Positions 51,664-64,000 of a stretch of 64,000 bases of DNA are shown in pieces. The notes beneath the pieces are model-generated. The model had not been told where the DNA came from. It searched no databases and saw only the letters and a program-made list of their open reading frames with translations. This DNA is from Auanema rhodensis. Lineage: Eukaryota > Animalia > Nematoda. Numbering within the stretch: the first letter of the stretch is position 1; every line of letters starts with the position of its first letter. Position numbers and translations under genes: made by a program. The stretch spans positions 18,352,001-18,416,000 of the forward strand of contig OZ059899.1 in assembly GCA_964057225.1 (NCBI GenBank), written 5' to 3'.

Positions 51664-54600
51664 AATACAAAAATTAGTTATGATCGTTTGAAAAATGATG
51701 CATTAGTGTATGTTGAGTTTCCATGTACACTCAACATTGCTTCCAAAAACATTTTGACAAAAATTTTTCCGAAAAATTTCAAAATAATTTTGCAAAAAGT
51801 AGATGTTTTTAGATTCCTTTTTTCAAGGCAAAGACGATGGACAATGTTATTCAACGAAAAAATTAATTCTGCAGGGTGAAAATCGAGGATATAAGTGTGA
51901 ACTTATATCAGTTGATATCTCGGTGCATTTTTAAGCTAGCGCAAATCTGATAACACAGATCGACGCAGCTTAAAAAGCCGCATCGAATGCACTATACAAC
52001 ATTGAGAAACGCTTAATACAAAAATTAGTTATGATCGTTTGAAAAATGATGCATTAGTGTATGTTGAGTTTCCATGTACACTCAACATTGCTTCCAAAAA
52101 CATTTTTACAAAAATTTTTCCGAAAAATTTCGAAACAATTTCGCAAAAAGTAGATGTTTTTAGATTCCTTTTTTCAAGGCAAAGACGATGGACATTGTTA
52201 TTCAACGAAAAAATTAATTCTGCAGGGTGAAAATCGAGGATATAAGTGTGAACTTATATCAGTTGATATCTCGGTGCATTTTTAAGCTAGCGCAAATCTG
52301 ATAACACAGATCGACGCAGCTTAAAAAGCCGCATCGAATGCACTATACAACATTGAGAAACGCTTAATACAAAAATTAGTTATGATCGTTTGAAAAATGA
52401 TGCATTAGTGTATGTTGAGTTTCCATGTACACTCAACATTGCTTCCAAAAACATTTTTACAAAATTTTTTCCGAAAAATTTCGAAATAATTTCGCAGAAA
52501 GTAGATGTTTTTAGATTCCTTTTTTCAAGGCAAAGACGATGGACATTGTTATTCAACGAAAAAATTAATTCTGCAGGGTGAAAATCGAGGATATAAGTGT
52601 GAACTTATATTAGTTGATATCTCGGTGCATTTTTAAGCTAGCGCAAATCTGATAACACAGATCGACGCAGCTTAAAAATCCGCATCGAATGCACTATACA
52701 ACATTGAGAAACGCTTAATACAAAAATTAGTTATGATCGTTTGAAAAATGATGCATTAGTGTATGTTGAGTTTCCATGTACACTCAACATTGCTTCCAAA
52801 AACATTTTTACAAAAATTTTTCCGAAAAATTTCGTAACAATTTCGCAAAAAGTAGATGTTTTTAGATTCCTTTTTTCAAGGCAAAGACGATGGACATTGT
52901 TATTCAACGAAAAAATTAATTCTGCAGGGTGAAAATCGAGGATATAAGTGTGAACTTATATTAGTTGATATCTCGGTGCATTTTTAAGCTAGCGCAAATC
53001 TGATAACACAGATCGACGCAGCTTAAAAATCCGCATCGAATGCACTATACTACATTGAGAAACGCTTATTACAAAAATTAGTTATGATCGTTTGAAAAAT
53101 GATGCATTAGTGTAAGTTGAGTTTCCATGTACACTCAACATTGCTTCCAAAAACATTTTTAAAAAAATTTTTCCGAAAAATTTCGAAATAATTTCGCAGA
53201 AAGTAGATGTTTTTAAATTCCTTTTTTCAAGGCAAAGACGATGGACAATGTTATTCAACGAAAAAATTAATTCTGCAGGGTGAAAATCGAGGATATAAGT
53301 GTGAACTTATATTAGTTGATATCTCGGTGCATTTTTAAGCTAGCGCAAATCTGATAACACAGATCGACGCAGCTTAAAAATCCGCATCGAATGCACTATA
53401 CTACATTGAGAAACGCTTAATACAAAAGTTAGTTATGATCGTTTGAAAAATGATGCATTAGTGTATGTTGAGTTTCCATGTACACTCAACATTGCTTCCA
53501 AAAACATTTTGACAAAAATTTTTCCGAAAAATTTCAAAATAATTTTGCAAAAAGTAGATGTTTTTAGATTCCTTTTTTCAAGGCAAAGACGATGGACAAA
53601 GTTATTCAACGAAAAAATTAATTCTGCAGGGTGAAAATCGAGGATATAAGTGTGAACTTATATCAGTTGATATCTCGGTGCATTTTTAAGCTAGCGCAAA
53701 TCTGATAACACAGATCGACGCAGCTTAAAAATCCGCATCGAATGCACTATACAACATTGAGAAACGCTTAATACAAAAATTAGTTAAGATCGTTTGAAAA
53801 AAGATGCATTAGTGTATGTTGAGTTTCCATGTACACTCAACATTGCTTCCAAAAACATTTTGACAAAAATTTTTCCGAAAAATTTCGAAATAATTTCGCA
53901 GAAAGTAGATGTTTTTGAATTCCTTTTTTCAAGGCAAAGACGATGGACAATGTTATTCAACGAAAAAATTAATTCTGCAGGGTGAAAATCGAGGATATAA
54001 GTGTGAACTTATATTAGTTGATATCTCGGTGCATTTTTAAGCTAGCGCAAATCTGATAACACAGATCGACGCAGCTTAAAAATCCGCATCGAATGCACTA
54101 TACTACATTGAGAAACGCTTAATACAAAAGTTAGTTATGATCGTTTGAAAAATGATGCATTAGTGTATGTTGAGTTTCCATGTACACTCAACATTGCTTC
54201 CAAAAACATTTTGACAAAAATTTTTCCGAAAAATTTCAAAATAATTTTGCAAAAAGTAGATGTTTTTAGATTCCTTTTTTCAAGGCAAAGACGATGGACA
54301 AAGTTATTCAACGAAAAAATTAATTCTGCAGGGTGAAAATCGAGGATATAAGTGTGAACTTATATCAGTTGATATCTCGGTGCATTTTTAAGCTAGCGCA
54401 AATCTGATAACACAGATCGACGCAGCTTAAAAATCCGCATCGAATGCACTATACAACATTGAGAAACGCTTAATACAAAAATTAGTTAAGATCGTTTGAA
54501 AAAAGATGCATTAGTGTATGTTGAGTTTCCATGTACACTCAACATTGCTTCCAAAAACATTTTGACAAAAATTTTTCCAAAAAATTTCAAAATAATTTCG

Positions 54601-54699
54601 CAAAAAGTAAATGTTTTTAGATTCCTTTTTTCAAGGCAAAGACGATGGACAATGTTATTCAACGAAAAAATTAATTCTCCAGGGTGAAAATCGAGGATG

Positions 54700-57600
54700 T
54701 AAGTGTGAACTTATATCAGTTGATATCTCGGTGCATTTTTAAGCTAGCGCAAATCTGATAACACAGATCGACGCAGCTTAAAAATCCGCATCGAATGCAC
54801 TATACAACATTGAGAAACGCTTAATACAAAAATTAGTTATGATCGTTTGAAAAATGATGCATTAGTGTATGTTGAGTTTCCATGTACACTCAACATTGCT
54901 TCCAAAAACATTTTTACAAAAATTTTTCCGGAAAATTTCGAAACAATTTCGCAAAAAGTAGATGTTTTTAGATTCCTTTTTTCAAGGCAAAGGCGATGGA
55001 CAATGTTATTCAACGAAAAAATTAATTCTGCAGGGTGAAAATCGAGGATATAAGTGTGAACTTATATCAGTTGATATCTCGGTGCATTTTTAAGGTAGCG
55101 CAAATCTGATAACACAGATCGACGCAGCTTAGAAATCCGCATCGAATGCACTATACTACATCGAGAAACGCTTAATACAAAAATTAGTTATGATCGTTTG
55201 AAAAAAGATGCATTAGTGTAAGTTGAGTTTCCATGTACACTCAACATTGCTTCCAAAAACATTTTTACAAAAATTTTTCCGAAAAATTTCGAAATAATTT
55301 CGCAGAAAGTAGATGTTTTTAAATTCCTTTTTTCAAGGCAAAGACGATGGACATTGTTATTCAACGAAAAAATTAATTCTGCAGGGTGAAAATCGAGGAT
55401 GTAAGTGTGAACTTATATCAGTTGATATCTCGGTGCATTTTTAAGCTAGCGCAAATCTGATAACACAGATCGACGCAGCTTAAAAATCCGCATCGAATGC
55501 ACTATACTACATTGAGAAACGCTTAATACAAAAATTAGTTATGATCGTTTGAAAAATGATGCATTAGTGTATGTTGAGTTTCCATGTACACTCAACATTG
55601 CTTCCAAAAACATTTTGACAAAAATTTTTCCGAAAAATTTCAAAATAATTTTGCAAAAAGTAGATGTTTTTAGATTCCTTTTTTCAAGGCAAAGACGATG
55701 GACGAAGTTATTCAACGAAAAAATTAATTCTGCAGTGTGAAAATCGAGGATATAAGTGTGAACTTATATCAGTTGATATCTCGGTGCATTTTTAAGCTAG
55801 CGCAAATCTGATAACACAGATCGACGCAGCTTAAAAATCCGCATCGAATGCACTATACAACATTGAGAAACGCTTAATACAAAAATTAGTTAAGATCGTT
55901 TGAAAAAAGATGCATTAGTGTATGTTGAGTTTCCATGTACACTCAACATTGCTTCCAAAAACATTTTGACAAAAATTTTTCCAAAAAATTTCAAAATAAT
56001 TTCGCAAAAAGTAGATGTTTTTAGATTCCTTTTTTCAAGGCAAAGACGATGGACAAAGTTATTCAACGAAAAAATTAATTCTGCAGTGTGAAAATCGAGG
56101 ATATAAGTGTGAACTTATATCAGTTGATATCTCGGTGCATTTTTAAGCTAGCGCAAATCTGATAACACAGATCGACGCAGCTTAAAAATCCGCATCGAAT
56201 GCACTATACAACATTGAGAAACGCTTAATACAAAAATTAGTTATGATCGTTTGAAAAATGATGCATTAGTGTATGTTGAGTTTCCATGTACACTCAACAT
56301 TGCTTCCAAAAACATTTTTACAAAAATTTTTCCGGAAAATTTCGAAACAATTTCGCAAAAAGTAGATGTTTTTAGATTCCTTTTTTCAAGGCAAAGACGA
56401 TGGACAATGTTATTCAACGAAAAAATTAATTCTGCAGGGTGAAAATCGAGGATATAAGTGTGAACTTATATCAGTTGATATCTCGGTGCATTTTTAAGGT
56501 AGCGCAAATCTGATAACACAGATCGACGCAGCTTAGAAATCCGCATCGAATGCACTATACTACATCGAGAAACGCTTAATACAAAAATTAGTTATGATCG
56601 TTTGAAAAAAGATGCATTAGTGTAAGTTGAGTTTCCATGTACACTCAACATTGCTTCCAAAAACATTTTTACAAAAATTTTTCCGAAAAATTTCGAAATA
56701 ATTTCGCAGAAAGTAGATGTTTTTAAATTCCTTTTTTCAAGGCAAAGACGATGGACATTGTTATTCAACGAAAAAATTAATTCTGCAGGGTGAAAATCGA
56801 GGATGTAAGTGTGAACTTATATCAGTTGATATCTCGGTGCATTTTTAAGCTAGCGCAAATCTGATAACACAGATCGACGCAGCTTAAAAATCCGCATCGA
56901 ATGCACTATACTACATTGAGAAACGCTTAATACAAAAATTAGTTATGATCGTTTGAAAAATGATGCATTAGTGTATGTTGAGTTTCCATGTACACTCAAC
57001 ATTGCTTCCAAAAACATTTTGACAAAAATTTTTCCGAAAAATTTCAAAATAATTTTGCAAAAAGTAGATGTTTTTAGATTCCTTTTTTCAAGGCAAAGAC
57101 GATGGACAAAGTTATTCAACGAAAAAATTAATTCTGCAGTGTGAAAATCGAGGATATAAGTGTGAACTTATATCAGTTGATATCTCGGTGCATTTTTAAG
57201 CTAGCGCAAATCTGATAACACAGATCGACGCAGCTTAAAAATCCGCATCGAATGCACTATACAACATTGAGAAACGCTTAATACAAAAATTAGTTAAGAT
57301 CGTTTGAAAAAAGATGCATTAGTGTATGTTGAGTTTCCATGTACACTCAACATTGCTTCCAAAAACATTTTGACAAAAATTTTTCCAAAAAATTTCAAAA
57401 TAATTTTGCAAAAAGTAGATGTTTTTAGATTCCTTTTTTCAAGGCAAAGACGATGGACAAAGTTATTCAACGAAAAAATTAATTCTGCAGTGTGAAAATC
57501 GAGGATATAAGTGTGAACTTATATCAGTTGATATCTCGGTGCATTTTTAAGCTAGCGCAAATCTGATAACACAGATCGACGCAGCTTAAAAATCCGCATC

Positions 57601-60600
57601 GAATGCACTATACAACATTGAGAAACGCTTAATACAAAAATTAGTTAAGATCGTTTGAAAAAAGATGCATTAGTGTATGTTGAGTTTCCATGTACACTCA
57701 ACATTGCTTCCAAAAACATTTTGACAAAAATTTTTCCGAAAAATTTCAAAATAATTTTGCAAAAAGTAGATGTTTTTAGATTCCTTTTTTCAAGGCAAAG
57801 ACGATGGACAAAGTTATTCAACGAAAAAATTAATTCTGCAGTGTGAAAATCGAGGATATAAGTGTGAACTTATATTAGTTGATATATCGGTGCATTTTTA
57901 AGCTAGCGCAAATCTGATAACACAGATCGACGCAGCTTAAAAATCCGCATCGAATGCACTATACTACATTGAGAAACGCTTAATACAAAAATTAGTTATG
58001 ATCGTTTGAAAAATGATGCATTAGTGTATGTTGAGTTTCCATGTACACTCAACATTGCTTCCAAAAACATTTTGACAAAAATTTTTCCGAAAAATTTCAA
58101 AATAATTTTGCAAAAAGTAGATGTTTTTAGATTCCTTTTTTCAACGCAAAGACGATGGACAAAGTTATTCAACGAAAAAATTAATTCTGCAGTGTGAAAA
58201 TCGAGGATATAAGTGTGAACTTATATCAGTTGATATCTCGGTGCATTTTTAAGCTAGCGCAAATCTGATAACACAGATCGACGCAGCTTAAAAATCCGCA
58301 TCGAATGCACTATACAACATTGAGAAACGCTTAATACAAAAATTAGTTAAGATCGTTTGAAAAAAGATGCATTAGTGTATGTTGAGTTTCCATGTACACT
58401 CAACATTGCTTCCAAAAACATTTTGACAAAAATTTTTCCAAAAAATTTCAAAATAATTTCGCAAAAAGTAAATGTTTTTAGATTCCTTTTTTCAAGGCAA
58501 AGACGATGGACAATGTTATTCAACGAAAAAATTAATTCTGCAGGGTGAAAATCGAGGATATAAGTGTGAACTTATATTAGTTGATATCTCGGTGCATTTT
58601 TAAGCTAGCGCAAATCTGATAACACAGATCGACGCAGCTTAAAAATCCGCATCGAATGCACTATACTACATTGAGAAACGCTTAATACAAAAATTAGTTA
58701 AGATCGTTTGAAAAAAGATGCATTAGTGTATGTTGAGTTTCCATGTACACTCAACATTGCTTCCAAAAACATTTTGACAAAAATTTTTCCGAAAAATTTC
58801 GAAATAATTTCGCAGAAAGTAGATGTTTTTAAATTCCTTTTTTCAAGGCAAAGACGATGGACAATGTTATTCAACGAAAAAATTAATTCTGCAGGGTGAA
58901 AATCGAGGATATAAGTGTGAACTTATATTAGTTGATATCTCGGTGCATTTTTAAGCTAGCGCAAATCTGATAACACAGATCGACGCAGCTTAAAAATCCG
59001 CATCGAATGCACTATACTACATTGAGAAACGCTTAATACAAAAGTTAGTTATGATCGTTTGAAAAATGATGCATTAGTGTATGTTGAGTTTCCATGTACA
59101 CTCAACATTGCTTCCAAAAACATTTTGACAAAAATTTTTCCGAAAAATTTCAAAATAATTTTGCAAAAAGTAGATGTTTTTAGATTCCTTTTTTCAAGGC
59201 AAAGACGATGGACAAAGTTATTCAACGAAAAAATTAATTCTGCAGGGTGAAAATCGAGGATATAAGTGTGAACTTATATCAGTTGATATCTCGGTGCATT
59301 TTTAAGCTAGCGCAAATCTGATAACACAGATCGACGCAGCTTAAAAATCCGCATCGAATGCACTATACAACATTGAGAAACGCTTAATACAAAAATTAGT
59401 TAAGATCGTTTGAAAAAAGATGCATTAGTGTATGTTGAGTTTCCATGTACACTCAACATTGCTTCCAAAAACATTTTTACAAAAATTTTTCCGGAAAATT
59501 TCGAAACAATTTCGCAAAAAGTAGATGTTTTTAGATTTTTTTTTTCAAGGCAAAGACGATGGACAATGTTATTCAACGAAAAAATTAATTCTGCAGGGTG
59601 AAAATCGAGGATATAAGTGTGAACTTATATCAGTTGATATCTCGGTGCATTTTTAAGGTAGCGCAAATCTGATAACACAGATCGACGCAGCTTAGAAATC
59701 CGCATCGAATGCACTATACTACATCGAGAAACGCTTAATACAAAAATTAGTTATGATCGTTTGAAAAAAGATGCATTAGTGTAAGTTGAGTTTCCATGTA
59801 CACTCAACATTGCTTCCAAAAACATTTTTACAAAAATTTTTCCGAAAAATTTCGAAATAATTTCGCAGAAAGTAGATGTTTTTAAATTCCTTTTTTCAAG
59901 GCAAAGACGATGGACATTGTTATTCAACGAAAAAATTAATTCTGCAGGGTGAAAATCGAGGATATAAGTGTGAACTTATATTAGTTGATATCTCGGTGCA
60001 TTTTTAAGCTAGCGCAAATCTGATAACACAGATCGACGCAGCTTAAAAATCCGCATCGAATGCACTATACTACATTGAGAAACGCTTAATACAAAAATTA
60101 GTTATGATCGTTTGAAAAATGATGCATTAGTGTATGTTGAGTTTCCATGTACACTCAACATTGCTTCCAAAAACATTTTGACAAAAATTTTTCCGAAAAA
60201 TTTCAAAATAATTTTGCAAAAAGTAGATGTTTTTAGATTCCTTTTTTCAAGGCAAAGACGATGGACAAAGTTATTCAACGAAAAAATTAATTCTGCAGTG
60301 TGAAAATCGAGGATATAAGTGTGAACTTATATCAGTTGATATCTCGGTGCATTTTTAAGCTAGCGCAAATCTGATAACACAGATCGACGCAGCTTAAAAA
60401 TCCGCATCGAATGCACTATACAACATTGAGAAACGCTTAATACAAAAATTAGTTAAGATCGTTTGAAAAAAGATGCATTAGTGTATGTTGAGTTTCCATG
60501 TACACTCAACATTGCTTCCAAAAACATTTTGACAAAAATTTTTCCAAAAAATTTCAAAATAATTTCGCAAAAAGTAAATGTTTTTAGATTCCGTTTTTCA

Positions 60601-63200
60601 AGGCAAAAACGATACACAATGTTATTCAACAAAAAAATTAATTCTGCAGAATGAAAATCGAGGATATAAGTGTGAACTTATATCAGTTGATATCTCGGTG
60701 CATTTTTAAGCTAGCGCAAATCTGATAACACAGATCGACGCAGCTTAAAAATCCGCATCGAATGCACTATACAACAGTGAGAAACGCTTAATACAAAAAT
60801 TAGTTATGATCGTTTGAAAAATGATGCATTAGTGTATGTTGAGTTTCCATGTACACTCAACATTGCTTCCAAACACATTTTGACAAAAATTTTTCCGAAA
60901 AATTTCAAAATAATTTTGCAAAAAGTAGATGTTTTTAGATTCCTTTTTTCAAGGCAAAGACGATGGACAATGTTATTCAACGAAAAAATTAATTCTGCAG
61001 GGTGAAAATCGAGGATATAAGTGTGAACTTATATCAGTTGATATCTCGGTGCATTTTTAAGGTAGCGCAAATCTGATAACACAGATCGACGCAGCTTAGA
61101 AATCCGCATCGAATGCACTATACTACATCGAGAAACGCTTAATACAAAAATTAGTTATGATCGTTTGAAAAAAGATGCATTAGTGTAAGTTGAGTTTCCA
61201 TGTACACTCAACATTGCTTCCAAAAACATTTTTACAAAAATTTTTCCGAAAAATTTCGAAATAATTTCGCAGAAAGTAGATGTTTTTAAATTCCTTTTTT
61301 CAAGGCAAAGACGATGGACATTGTTATTCAACGAAAAAATTAATTCTGCAGGGTGAAAATCGAGGATGTAAGTGTGAACTTATATCAGTTGATATCTCGG
61401 TGCATTTTTAAGCTAGCGCAAATCTGATAACACAGATCGACGCAGCTTAAAAATCCGCATCGAATGCACTATACTACATTGAGAAACGCTTAATACAAAA
61501 ATTAGTTATGATCGTTTGAAAAATGATGCATTAGTGTATGTTGAGTTTCCATGTACACTCAACATTGCTTCCAAAAACATTTTGACAAAAATTTTTCCGA
61601 AAAATTTCAAAATAATTTTGCAAAAAGTAGATGTTTTTAGATTCCTTTTTTCAAGGCAAAGACGATGGACAAAGTTATTCAACGAAAAAATTAATTCTGC
61701 AGTGTGAAAATCGAGGATATAAGTGTGAACTTATATCAGTTGATATCTCGGTGCATTTTTAAGCTAGCGCAAATCTGATAACACAGATCGACGCAGCTTA
61801 AAAATCCGCATCGAATGCACTATACAACATTGAGAAACGCTTAATACGAAAATTAGTTAAGATCGTTTGAAAAAAGATGCATTAGTGTATGTTGAGTTTC
61901 CATGTACACTCAACATTGCTTCCAAAAACATTTTGACAAAAATTTTTCCGAAAAATTTCAAAATAATTTTGCAAAAAGTAGATGTTTTTAGATTCCTTTT
62001 TTCAAGGCAAAGACGATGGACAAAGTTATTCAACGAAAAAATTAATTCTGCAGGGTGAAAATCGAGGATATAAGTGTGAACTTATATCAGTTGATATCTC
62101 GGTGCATTTTTAAGCTAGCGCAAATCTGATAACACAGATCGACGCAGCTTAAAAATCCGCATCGAATGCACTATACAACATTGAGAAACGCTTAATACAA
62201 AAATTAGTTAAGATCGTTTGAAAAAAAATGCATTAGTGTATGTTGAGTTTCCATGTACACTCAACATTGCTTCCAAACACATTTTGACAAAAATTTTTCC
62301 GAAAAATTTCAAAATAATTTTGCAAAAAGTAGATGTTTTTAGATTCCTTTTTTCAAGGCAAAGACGATGGACAATGTTATTCAACGAAAAAATTAATTCT
62401 GCAGGGTGAAAATCGAGGATATAAGTGTGAACTTATATCAGTTGATATCTCGGTGCATTTTTAAGGTAGCGCAAATCTGATAACACAGATCGACGCAGCT
62501 TAGAAATCCGCATCGAATGCACTATACTACATCGAGAAACGCTTAATACAAAAATTAGTTATGATCGTTTGAAAAAAGATGCATTAGTGTAAGTTGAGTT
62601 TCCATGTACACTCAACATTGCTTCCAAAAACATTTTTACAAAAATTTTTCCGAAAAATTTCGAAATAATTTCGCAGGTAGTAGATGTTTTTAAATTCCTT
62701 TTTTCAAGGCAAAGACGATGGACATTGTTATTCAACGAAAAAATTAATTCTGCAGGGTGAAAATCGAGGATGTAAGTGTGAACTTATATCAGTTGATATC
62801 TCGGTGCATTTTTAAGCTAGCGCAAATCTGATAACACAGATCGACGCAGCTTAAAAATCCGCATCGAATGCACTATACTACATTGAGAAACGCTTAATAC
62901 AAAAATTAGTTATGATCGTTTGAAAAATGATGCATTAGTGTATGTTGAGTTTCCATGTACACTCAACATTGCTTCCAAAAACATTTTGACAAAAATTTTT
63001 CCGAAAAATTTCAAAATAATTTTGCAAAAAGTAGATGTTTTTAGATTCCTTTTTTCAAGGCAAAGACGATGGACAAAGTTATTCAACGAAAAAATTAATT
63101 CTGCAGTGTGAAAATCGAGGATATAAGTGTGAACTTATATCAGTTGATATCTCGGTGCATTTTTAAGCTAGCGCAAATCTGATAACACAGATCGACGCAG
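54700..63200 (-). repeat. 4-mer-based higher-order repeat of SatA (1404 bp)
   Basis: The monomer carrying AAGGTAGC / TTAGAAATC / TACATCGAG / GTGTAAGTT (the missing ORF slots 55198, 56602, 59761, 61165, 62569) recurs at 4, 9, 4, 4 monomer intervals. Confidence 0.8.
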
Positions 63201-64000
63201 CTTAAAAATCCGCATCGAATGCACTATACAACATTGAGAAACGCTTAATACGAAAATTAGTTAAGATCGTTTGAAAAAAGATGCATTAGTGTATGTTGAG
63301 TTTCCATGTACACTCAACATTGCTTCCAAAAACATTTTGACAAAAATTTTTCCAAAAAATTTCAAAATAATTTCGCAAAAAGTAAATGTTTTTAGATTCC
63401 TTTTTTCAAGGCAAAGACGATGGACATTGTTATTCAACGAAAAAATTAATTCTGCAGGGTGAAAATCGAGGATGTAAGTGTGAACTTATATCAGTTGATA
63501 TCTCGGTGCATTTTTAAGCTAGCGCAAATCTGATAACACAGATCGACGCAGCTTAAAAATCCGCATCGAATGCACTATACTACATTGAGAAACGCTTAAT
63601 ACAAAAGTTAGTTATGATCGTTTGAAAAATGATGCATTAGTGTATGTTGAGTTTCCATGTACACTCAACATTGCTTCCAAAAACATTTTGACAAAAATTT
63701 TTCCGAAAAATTTCAAAATAATTTTGCAAAAAGTAGATGTTTTTAGATTCCTTTTTTCAAGGCAAAGACGATGGACAAAGTTATTCAACGAAAAAATTAA
63801 TTCTGCAGGGTGAAAATCGAGGATATAAGTGTGAACTTATATCAGTTGATATCTCGGTGCATTTTTAAGCTAGCGCAAATCTGATAACACAGATCGACGC
63901 AGCTTAAAAATCCGCATCGAATGCACTATACTACATTGAGAAACGCTTAATACAAAAATTAGTTATGATCGTTTGAAAAATGATGCATTAGTGTATGTTG

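Larger units (their letters stand above)
32541..64000 (-). repeat. 351-bp satellite (SatA), inverted, right arm, ~89.5 copies; runs off the window end
   Basis: Reverse complement of SatA: the left-arm minus-strand pseudo-ORF MKNDALVY... now appears on the + strand every 351 bp. The register is broken only by -1 bp in the first monomer, +2 bp at ~46,701 and +40 bp at ~51,624. Confidence 0.99.

Noticed and set aside
62671-62690. CAGGTAGTAG variant (AA>GT) in one monomer
   Set aside because: An isolated dinucleotide change creating a tiny GTA repeat; too little signal to interpret.
161-63813. More than 130 repeated 62-89 aa ORFs (MKNDALVYVEF..., MIFSLNN..., MNNIVHR...)
   Set aside because: They nearly all start at TTG, overlap on both strands, have a K/F/I/N composition dictated by A/T tracts and show no recognisable domain. 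They recur only because of the tandem repeat, and stop-codon variants (e.g. GTGTAAGTT) are freely amplified in the HORs.
1-64000. CRISPR-like or other repeat-spacer array (regular palindromic repeats)
   Set aside because: The sequence between the dyads is itself near-identical from copy to copy. There are no unique spacers and no cas or other genes.

Overview
The window contains no recognisable genes and is entirely AT-rich eukaryote-type satellite DNA from two families arranged as one large inverted (dyad) structure. From 1 to ~19,937 is a 351-bp satellite (~56.8 copies, ~32% GC, no net indels). From ~19,938 to 31,744 is a 182-bp satellite (~65 copies, ~28% GC) in the same sense. A 17-bp filler marks an inversion centre at 31,745-31,761. 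From 31,762 to 32,540 the 182-bp satellite is reverse-complemented (~4.3 copies), and from 32,541 to 64,000 the 351-bp satellite is reverse-complemented (~89.5 copies). The two 351-bp arms are different sequence subfamilies, each with local higher-order repeats. All three junctions show microhomology or short duplication scars. The 351-bp monomer carries two 9-bp-stem dyads almost exactly half a monomer apart, and it shares a ~35-45-bp segment with the 182-bp monomer. All ORFs in the track are artefacts of the 351-bp (117-codon) period. The pattern suggests (peri)centromeric heterochromatin of a genome without CpG depletion, possibly an insect. I cannot identify the species or name the satellites from sequence alone.
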